From: Chloroflexota bacterium
GTDB taxonomy: Bacteria; Chloroflexota; Chloroflexia; QHBQ01; JADMIH01
NCBI GenBank assembly: GCA_039932335.1
Contig: JBDTQH010000024.1
Span: 5,959 to 69,958 of the forward strand
DNA length: 64,000 bases
Direction: 5' to 3'
Positions 56,897 through 64,000 of the stretch are shown here, piece by piece. Made by a program: the position numbers and the translations under genes. The notes beneath the pieces are model-generated. The model was given only the letters and a program-made list of their open reading frames with translations, did no database searches and was not told the DNA's origin. Within the stretch, counting starts at the first letter, position 1; each line of letters opens with the position of its first letter.

Positions 56897-57913
56897 TTAC
56901 ATCTTCAAGCGCGGATCCAGCGCGTCTCTTAGTGCATCACCGATGAAGTTGATCGACAGCACCGTCAACAGAATCATCAGGCCGGGGAACAGAATCAGAT
57001 AGCCTCTGATTTCCTGTGTAGGATTGATGTTCGTGATGAAGGAGCTATATTCCTGCGCGCCCTGGAGCAGGTTGCCCCATGAAGGTGTCGGCTCCTGGAT
57101 ACCCAGGCCGAGGAACGAGAGGAACGACTCTGTGATGATGAAGTCGCCTACGGCCAGTGTGGCTGCCACGATGATCGGGGCAATCGAGTTGGGCATAAGG
57201 TGGCGGGTGATGATGCGGCGGTTGTTTGCTCCAAGTGCCCTGGTCGCCTCGATATAATCGAGCGAGCGGAGCGATAGGATGGAACCGCGCACAAGGCGGC
57301 TGATGCCGAGCCACCCGAACAGCGACAACACGAGGATGATAGTTGCCACCGTGCCCAGCGCCTTCCCAAAGATGTTCGTCATTATGCCCGATTGGTCGAG
57401 CATCTTCGATAACACCAGCAGCACGGGCAATATAGGCAGGGATAACAGCAGGTCAACTATACGCATCAAGATGGTATCGACCCAGCCTCCATAGAAGCCC
57501 GCCAGGGCACCAACGATTGAACCGAAGATTACAACGATAATCGTGGAGAGCAATCCTACTGCCAGCGATATTCGTCCTCCCTGGAAGAGTCGGCTCAGGT
57601 TGTCGCGACCTACCGCATCTGTCCCAAGGACATGCACGTTGCCCGACAACGGGCTATCCCAGAGTGCAGGCTTGAATGCATAATTCGACTCTGTCGCCGG
57701 GTATCTTGAGTCAGGCACAAGCGCCATGGGGTCAATATAGTCGTACGCGAACGGTGATATCATCGGTATGATTATTACCGATAAGACTAGCAGAATTACC
57801 GTTACCAGGCCGGTCAACCCAAGCTTATGCTTGCGGAATCGCTTCCATGTTGCTGCTAACTGGCTCGATTCCGCTGGGGCTAATCGTTCCTCTACTTTGG
57901 CTACTGCGGCCAT
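56897..57913 (-). CDS. Peptide ABC transporter permease (OppC/DppC-like)
   Basis: Binding-protein-dependent permease signature region ...ALGANNRRIITRHLMPN... (EAA-like loop). Six TM helices. N-terminal extension typical of OppC. Confidence 0.85.
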   Translation of the reverse strand: MAAVAKVEERLAPAESSQLAATWKRFRKHKLGLTGLVTVILLVLSVIIIPMISPFAYDYIDPMALVPDSRYPATESNYAFKPALWDSPLSGNVHVLGTDAVGRDNLSRLFQGGRISLAVGLLSTIIVVIFGSIVGALAGFYGGWVDTILMRIVDLLLSLPILPVLLVLSKMLDQSGIMTNIFGKALGTVATIILVLSLFGWLGISRLVRGSILSLRSLDYIEATRALGANNRRIITRHLMPNSIAPIIVAATLAVGDFIITESFLSFLGLGIQEPTPSWGNLLQGAQEYSSFITNINPTQEIRGYLILFPGLMILLTVLSINFIGDALRDALDPRLKM

Positions 57914-58001
57914 CTCTTATTCCTCCTATTTCCTTCAACCTGTCAGTTATTGTAAATGGGTGCGTCTTTGCTGGGTGCTAACTCTTGGGTGCAGTTATTA
58001 C

Positions 58002-59114
58002 TTAGCTGTAATGGATCCTCGGGTCAGCCACCGCATAGAGCACGTCTGCCAGGATGTTGGACACAATAATGAGGGTTGTGATAATTAGCAGGAAAGCCAT
58101 CACCAGCGGTATGTCCAGTGCGAAGATCGCGCTCACGAACAATTTGCCCATGCCAGGATAAGAGAAGACTGTTTCTGTCGCGATCGCCCCTGAGAAGAGG
58201 AACGGCAGTGAAAGCGTTACGACTGTGATTACCGGTATCAGTGCGTTGCGAAGAGCGTGCCGCAGAATAACGGTGCGCTGCGCCAGGCCCTTTGCCCATG
58301 CTGTTCGCACATAATCTTGCCGCAGCACTTCGAGCATCGACGACCGCACGTATCTGGAGAACGAGGCCACGTTCACGAACGACAGCACCGTCACAGGCAA
58401 GATCAGGTGGTAGATACGGTTGATATTGTTGCCCTCCTGGTCCGTATCAAATGCGAAACCGGGGGGCATGTATGGCATCCAGCTTACCCCGCTATCATGT
58501 ATCTGCTTGGGAATGACTGCCAGGAAGATAACCAGCATCAGGCCGAGCCAGAACGTCGGCATAGAAAGCCCTACAAAAGAGAAGGCTGTTACCGAGTAAT
58601 CCAATCTCGAATATTGCCGGATGGCCGATATTATGCCAATCGGGAAAGCGATCAGGATAGAGAGGAGCAGCGAGCTGATTGTCAGCGCCAGCGTGTTACC
58701 CAACCTGTCGCCCATAAGCGTCATCACGTTGCTGCCCTTGTTCACAACCAGGGAGTTGCCGAAGTCGCCTGTCAATACGCCGGCACCCTTCAGGTGGATC
58801 GGGCCAATTGTGACGTCAATACCCTTTTGTATCTCTTTAGTATTGTCGTTGGGGTCTAAAGCCGTAGTGTCCTTGGGATCAAACAACCAGCGTAGGTAGT
58901 TTATCGGATACGGATCATCCAGTTTATAGGCTTTCAGCAGCGATGTCAGCAGCGCAGCGTTCACAGGTCTACTGCTTGTGCTGGTCGCCTTGAGCTGTGC
59001 GATCTGGTCTCGTGGCCCGCCGGGCGTGATCACAAGGATACTGTAGATCACGAACGTTGCCAGTACCAGAACGATGAGGCCCTGGATAAAGCGCCGAATT
59101 ACATATGTCGCCAT
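58002..59114 (-). CDS. Peptide ABC transporter permease (OppB/DppB-like)
   Basis: MATYVIRRFIQGLIVLVLATFVIYS... N-terminus and an EAA loop (...AWAKGLAQRTVILRHALRNAL...). Six TM helices. Confidence 0.85.
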   Translation of the reverse strand: MATYVIRRFIQGLIVLVLATFVIYSILVITPGGPRDQIAQLKATSTSSRPVNAALLTSLLKAYKLDDPYPINYLRWLFDPKDTTALDPNDNTKEIQKGIDVTIGPIHLKGAGVLTGDFGNSLVVNKGSNVMTLMGDRLGNTLALTISSLLLSILIAFPIGIISAIRQYSRLDYSVTAFSFVGLSMPTFWLGLMLVIFLAVIPKQIHDSGVSWMPYMPPGFAFDTDQEGNNINRIYHLILPVTVLSFVNVASFSRYVRSSMLEVLRQDYVRTAWAKGLAQRTVILRHALRNALIPVITVVTLSLPFLFSGAIATETVFSYPGMGKLFVSAIFALDIPLVMAFLLIITTLIIVSNILADVLYAVADPRIHYS

Positions 59115-59460
59115 TCCACTTTCCTCCAGTAGTATTTAGCTGCCGGGTGCTTTGATTCGCCGAGGGTACGTGCATCTACTCCGCTATTTATGCTCGTGAG
59201 TAGGGGCTTACCGAGTTTATCAGAAATCCTTGCTACATGTCAATATGCCTGTCCAGCACTTAAACCACGTTCCCGCTCGGCGTTGCTAATCTTTACACAA
59301 ATTTCTTATTCGATCGGTTCAATTTCTTGGAATCTATGCGCTTTATTCGTATTGTGCCCGCCCAACAGCTTATACAAGCATAACTCCGGCGGACCTTCTT
59401 TTGTTCCAAACGAGTGCGGCACTAACAAAGAGGTATCAGGTAAGTACGCCTCTTTGCCCT

Positions 59461-59745
59461 GTCATTTTGAACAGAGTGAAGAATCAACCTCCATACTAAT
59501 TTCTACCCGGACGGATTCTTCGCTTCGCTCAGTACCGTGCGAACAAAGAAATGACACATAAGCGCGCCCTCCCGCGTTGTCATTCTGAGCGAAGAATCTC
59601 GCAAAGCAGGACTATGTTCCCTTACACCAATCCCAGGAGAAAAGAAGGGAACGAGATTCTTCACTCTGTTCAGAATGACAATGCGGGAGGGGAGGCGGCG
59701 ACACTGACAGTATTTTGTTGGCGACGCACGCAGAATGACACTGCC
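59461..59745. repeat. Cluster of hairpin repeat elements (family GTCATTCTGAAC..GAAGAATC): two full units plus a partial
   Basis: 59461..59554 and 59579..59679 each form an imperfect ~23-bp-stem hairpin. The second unit is additionally flanked by CCCTCCCGC/GCGGGAGGG. There is a partial unit at 59731..59745. Same family as 32441..32519. Confidence 0.85.
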
Positions 59746-59889
59746 TGGTGGGATGCGCTTGCCTGACACTTCTTTGTTAGTCTAGTACTAGAATGCCGGC
59801 ACTCTCCGGGCAAGCAAAAATGCAGGCTGCCTGGTTTGCCAGGTGCCTGCCCTTCTTGTCGCGCTTGATTATCCGGTCTGGTCAATAAG

Positions 59890-60567
59890 CTAATAGTTGC
59901 GCTGCCTTAAATAAGGCTCAACATCATCGTCCTGCGCGTCATCACCATGTTTTATCGGCCGCAATCTTAGCTCTACCCGGTCATAGAACTGAGCTTGTTC
60001 TGTGCCTGCTATCACTATCGGGGCTACATTCCCGATGCTGGATGTTGGATCTGCTGTTACTTTATTTTGCTGTAATGGCTGTGCGGTGGGTGATTGGGTT
60101 CCGGAACCGGATAGCAAAGTACCGGGTGCGCCTCCACGCAACACTTGTGGGAAATTCGTGCCCAGCACGGCTACCATGAGGGAAAGGGCAACGGCACCTG
60201 GAACGAGTCGCGCCGTGAAAGGTCCACTCATCGCCCTGTAGAAACGGGCAATAAACTCAGGTTGCGTCTTACGCGATTCGGTAGCCAATTGCTGCTCAAT
60301 GGCCCGCATTATCCGACGAAATACCCCTGCGGGCGGCTCGGTCTGGCCGTATTCGGCCTGCAGAAAGCTGCGTATCTCAAGTCCGAGAAGCGCATCCTCA
60401 TAGCTGACATCGTAGGCCGATGCAGGATCATAGCCTTTGTCCAGGCTTTCTTGCTCACTGTCTCTCTCTGTGTGGAGTGCCTGCACGCCCGAGCGGCTCT
60501 CAGCCTGTAGTTGGTCCTGCCGGTAGCTTTTTATTCTAGCGAAGAATACGAGTAGAGAAGATAACAT
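59890..60567 (-). CDS. Hypothetical protein with one predicted TM helix (225 aa)
   Basis: ORF between the SBP and permease genes on the same strand. One hydrophobic segment (LVPGAVALSLMVAVLG). No family recognised. Confidence 0.3.
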   Translation of the reverse strand: MLSSLLVFFARIKSYRQDQLQAESRSGVQALHTERDSEQESLDKGYDPASAYDVSYEDALLGLEIRSFLQAEYGQTEPPAGVFRRIMRAIEQQLATESRKTQPEFIARFYRAMSGPFTARLVPGAVALSLMVAVLGTNFPQVLRGGAPGTLLSGSGTQSPTAQPLQQNKVTADPTSSIGNVAPIVIAGTEQAQFYDRVELRLRPIKHGDDAQDDDVEPYLRQRNY

Positions 60568-60818
60568 TTGCGCACCACCATAGACTCACTTTTCTGCTTA
60601 TATACTCAATCACCTCCGCAGGACCTCTTTGTCCACGGTTGCGTACATTATATCGCTTTTGCTCCCATGCACCTATAAGTACTAATCCCAGTAGGTTTTG
60701 GTTCATTTGCCTGAGATTATGTACGTAATTGTAGGGTGAAAAGATACGGCCCTCGCTCGCTGGGCGAGGTAGGGCCGTATCTACTAGACATTCAGAAGCT
60801 AAGCTTCGTCAGTCGATA

Positions 60819-63260
60819 TTACTTCTCGAAGTACCACTGTACCATGTTCCACCACTGAGGTGCCTGGGTATTGGTGGTCTTGCGGTTCTTCAGCTTGCCG
60901 CTGTAGATTTCGATGTTGGCGCGCTGTACGACCGGGATCAATACAACGTCTTTCATCATCTGAACCTGAACAGCTGCGGAGTACTCAGCCTGCTTGGCGC
61001 GCTCGAGCTCGGCGCTGAAGAGGTGGTTGTTGTCGTCAACAACCTTGTTCGAGTAGTGCTGCCTGTTCTGGCCACCAGGGTTGGCTTCGGTGTTGATCTG
61101 GGCGGTATCCCAGGAGTCATAGTTGCTGGTGGAGGACTGAACATACGCGAACTGGCAAAGCTTGCACTGGCCGGTCGCGATCGGGCCGTCTTCGTTGAAG
61201 TAGCCGGTCGGGTAGTTCACTACCTGAGCGTCGATACCAATCTGCTTCAGGTCGTTCGAGACGAGTGCCTGAATAGCCTGGCGTGTGGCGTTACGTGTTG
61301 TGGCATACTCGAAGGAAAGCTTCTCGCCGCCCTTAGCGCGAATGCCATCAGAACCCTTGACCCAGCCGGCGGCATCCAGAACCTGGTTTGCCTTGGCCTG
61401 ATCAAATGCGTAGATAGGAAGCTTGTACTTGGCGGCAGCATCCGGGAAGTTCTTGGCGAAGTCGGCGTTCTCCAACGAGTGGTAGATGCCAGGGGGGATG
61501 GGGCCGTTCATAACAGCCGCGCCGCCCTTGTAGACAACGTCAACAACCTGCTTGCGGTTGATACCATACATCATGGCCTGGCGTACATTCACGTCCTTGA
61601 ATGGGCCCCAGTCCATGCGGAAGTCGAGGTGCTCCCAGGAGGCTGCGGGAACGGAGGCTACTACACCACCGGCGGCCTTGATCTGGTCGGACTGCTCGGG
61701 CGGAACTACGAAGCCTTCGCTCTCGATGGCGTCGAGGTTGCCCGTCAGGAATGCGTTGACGTTAGCGTTTACGTCTGTGTTGAACTTCTGGATAACGCGC
61801 TTGATCAACGGAGGAGCGGTCAGGTTGTAGTTAGGGTTGGCCACCAATGTCATCTGGTCGCCCTGCTTCCAATCCTGAACGATGTAGGGGCCGTAACCGG
61901 TTGGCTTCTGGCCTTCGCTCGATTCCTGGATCTTGTCTACAGGGATCTTCTCCAGGGCCTTCTTGCTGTGAACGCTACCAATAAAGATGTAGTTAAGGTC
62001 CACAACAGGCTTGCTCTGGCTGATGAAGGTGTCAAGGAACGCGAACGCAACCTTGTCGGTCTTAGGATCGGCCAGCTTAGCCTTGGCCTCGCGCAGCGAC
62101 AACCAGTTGTACACTACTGTGTACTTGTCAGGGTTGTCGATGGTTGAGATCTTGGTCTGGATGGATGTGCTGACGGACAGCGGGTCGGAAAGGATCAACT
62201 GATACGAGTAAACCGCATCGTTGGAGGTCAATTCCGAGCCGTCGGACCACTTTACGCCCTTGCGGAGCTTGTACTTGGTCACGAGGTGCTTGTCCTCGCC
62301 TGCGCCAACATAGAAGGAGCCGCCGTTCTCAATGGTCGGGACGTACCAGGCCGCGAGAGGGAATGCAACTTCTACATCGTCGTTTGCGACGAGTGCATCG
62401 TTAAAGGTGACACCGGCGCAGAAGCGCACCGCAACCACGGTGTTGGCTTCGTTGCAGAACATGGTGTCAGGCTCCTGGAGGGAACCGGCTGTGTATGTGT
62501 CCTTCGCGCTGGTTACACCGGCGGGAGGAGCGATGGGGAGCTTATCAGCAGCGATAGGGGTTGCCTTGTACTGCTGCACGCCCAACAGACCCAGCTCTAC
62601 TGCATACGGATCAGCCTTCTCAGGGTGTACTTCGAACTTAGCGCGCTCGAAGTACTGTGTTGAGTAGGTCTTGCCGTCTGTAGAGATTTCGTCAAAGGCT
62701 TCGCTCAGCGGGAAGCCGAACTGCTGTAGTCCACCATACTTGTTCCAGTACTCCAGGATCTTGCCTGTGACGGAGTGCTTGGTCTCCTGGAACCATACCT
62801 TGCTCGTGCCGTTGGCATCAGCGGGCTTGTCGATACCGACGAATGCGGCATCAGCCTTGTTGCGCACCACCTTGGTGGCGGGATCAACGGAACCGCGGCC
62901 TTCAACGAAGTTGGCGCCGAGGCGGCCGAGGAGCACATCGTAGGGAGCCTTGTTTTCAGGGTGGGCTTCATACTTGGCGCGCTCGAACCACTGGGTATCG
63001 TATGTCTTGCCATCTTCGGTGGAAATCTCGGCGCGACGGGTAGTGATAGGCAGGCCGTTCACATAAGTGTTAGCCTGATCGTTACCCTGCTTGTTCCACA
63101 CTTCGAGGAACCGTCCGGCAACATCGATATTGCCGATCTTACGGGTTGTGCCTTGCGCGGACGCTGTGTTGGCAGATGCCGGGAGAACCGACACGGCCAT
63201 TGCGCCAATCACGCTAGCGTAAAGAGCTACACGCCCTATGTTACGCTGTTTTTCGTTCAT
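60819..63260 (-). CDS. ABC transporter substrate-binding protein (family 5, OppA/DppA-like) fused to an N-terminal ~250-aa module with two LGFP-like repeats
   Basis: Signal peptide. Repeats GRFLEVWNKQGNDQ...TQWFERAKYEAHPE and GKILEYWNKYGGLQQFGFPLSEAFDEISTDGKTYSTQYFERAKFEVHPE. Then an SBP_bac_5 core (...KYKLRKGVKWSDGSELTSNDAVYSY...). Confidence 0.8.
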   Translation of the reverse strand: MNEKQRNIGRVALYASVIGAMAVSVLPASANTASAQGTTRKIGNIDVAGRFLEVWNKQGNDQANTYVNGLPITTRRAEISTEDGKTYDTQWFERAKYEAHPENKAPYDVLLGRLGANFVEGRGSVDPATKVVRNKADAAFVGIDKPADANGTSKVWFQETKHSVTGKILEYWNKYGGLQQFGFPLSEAFDEISTDGKTYSTQYFERAKFEVHPEKADPYAVELGLLGVQQYKATPIAADKLPIAPPAGVTSAKDTYTAGSLQEPDTMFCNEANTVVAVRFCAGVTFNDALVANDDVEVAFPLAAWYVPTIENGGSFYVGAGEDKHLVTKYKLRKGVKWSDGSELTSNDAVYSYQLILSDPLSVSTSIQTKISTIDNPDKYTVVYNWLSLREAKAKLADPKTDKVAFAFLDTFISQSKPVVDLNYIFIGSVHSKKALEKIPVDKIQESSEGQKPTGYGPYIVQDWKQGDQMTLVANPNYNLTAPPLIKRVIQKFNTDVNANVNAFLTGNLDAIESEGFVVPPEQSDQIKAAGGVVASVPAASWEHLDFRMDWGPFKDVNVRQAMMYGINRKQVVDVVYKGGAAVMNGPIPPGIYHSLENADFAKNFPDAAAKYKLPIYAFDQAKANQVLDAAGWVKGSDGIRAKGGEKLSFEYATTRNATRQAIQALVSNDLKQIGIDAQVVNYPTGYFNEDGPIATGQCKLCQFAYVQSSTSNYDSWDTAQINTEANPGGQNRQHYSNKVVDDNNHLFSAELERAKQAEYSAAVQVQMMKDVVLIPVVQRANIEIYSGKLKNRKTTNTQAPQWWNMVQWYFEK

Positions 63261-64000
63261 TCTTTCCTCCTACCTTACTTGGCGAAAGCCAACAGGTAAT
63301 ACTAAAGCTGAAACCTCACACGGAACTGTTGCTAGCGACCACATGTCGGGCTTGGTCGTTCGCTATTTGGGCGTAATTTACGCCTGGGTTCGTTTCGTTC
63401 CTCTTAATCTGCGCTCCGCAATTCGTAGTTGCATTACGCCTGGCATAGGGTAGCCCTACCGTCTGCCGACAAGAGGCCTAACCACCTCCCTTCCGAATCA
63501 AGATTATTTATTCCCGCAACTATATTCACTTTTCTATAGCGCACCAAACAGCTTATTAATACCGCTGCTTTAGCACACGTAGCTTCGATAGTACCACATT
63601 GTAGGAGTGTTGGCAAGTCAATTGCACATTGTGACGCCCGTTGCGGTTGGGTGGAAAATCAAGGTACAATCCGACCTTGCACTCTATAACACAACAAAAA
63701 GTGCAAAAAGGTTCATTTTATTGCAAAACTGCTGCTTTCTGGCGTCAGACTTACGTAATTCGCATTAGCAGGCCGCACAATCTCCGCGCAAGGCTACTCT
63801 GCGATGGCTGCCGCGTTGTGTGCCTGGCGCGTCGGCTCCGGCAACCTGTACCCTCTGCCCGTGCTCAAAACATATTGCAACGCAGTCGGGAGATCTATCC
63901 GGTGGCCCGGTGATATATATAACGGATTAGATCGCAGCCGGGTTCGTAGGGCGGCTGCCAGCACCTCGCCCTTGCGGTTGGCCCAGGGCGTCCACGACCC

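Noticed and set aside
63261-64000. ORF 63641..63913 (+) and other short ORFs upstream of the SBP gene
   Set aside because: The products are Arg/Cys-rich with no RBS. The region is more likely the promoter/leader of the minus-strand transporter operon.
1-64000. tRNA/rRNA/tmRNA/RNase P scan by eye (T-loop GGTTCGAATCC, RNase P AGGAAAGTCCGGGCTCC, tmRNA termini)
   Set aside because: No convincing matches were found. AGGAAGTCC at ~1297 lacks the rest of the RNase P P4 context.

Overview
This 64-kb high-GC (~60%) bacterial chromosomal segment is gene-dense, and I found no rRNA, tRNA or CRISPR. Housekeeping genes (plsX, rsmE, upp, glyA, galE, galK, der, coaE, queA, an ABC-F ATPase) are interleaved with cell-envelope and accessory functions. 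The lineage cannot be decided from sequence alone. The gene content (YfhO, LGFP-like repeats, GalE/GalK, WecA/MraY-like transferase) suggests a monoderm-type high-GC organism, possibly Chloroflexota- or Actinobacteria-like.

Main blocks:
1. 3.1-16.5 kb, + strand: a glycan locus. It encodes the complete five-enzyme WbpA/B/E/D/I-type route to UDP-2,3-diacetamido-2,3-dideoxy-mannuronic acid. Behind a terminator sit two GT4 glycosyltransferases, a methyltransferase, a Wzx-like flippase, an AsnB-like amidotransferase and a third GT4. There is no Wzy or Wzz.
2. 23.2-25.8 kb, - strand: ECF sigma factor, zf-HC2 anti-sigma factor, and a bactofilin-repeat polytopic membrane protein with a His-rich tail.
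3. 27.3-32.4 kb: VanZ-like protein, GT2, a flippase-like (LPG-synthase TM-type) protein and YfhO, i.e. a three-component extracytoplasmic glycosylation set.
4. 43.9-46.0 kb, - strand: a translationally coupled DUF2254 membrane protein plus small AAA_21/SMC-like ATPase, bracketed by repeat elements. This is my best candidate for an undescribed accessory (defence or stress) module.
5. 55-63 kb: an M14 carboxypeptidase and an Opp/Dpp-type peptide ABC importer. Its substrate-binding protein carries an N-terminal pair of LGFP-like cell-wall repeats.

Intergenic DNA is unusually rich in short dispersed repeats, mostly built from tandem heptamers: CGTGAAA/CGTAAAA arrays, GGGGTCA arrays that form the ends of a ~200-bp MITE-like element present twice, and CTCGGTA x4. 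There is also a separate hairpin family (GTCATTCTGAACAGAGTGAAGAATC).
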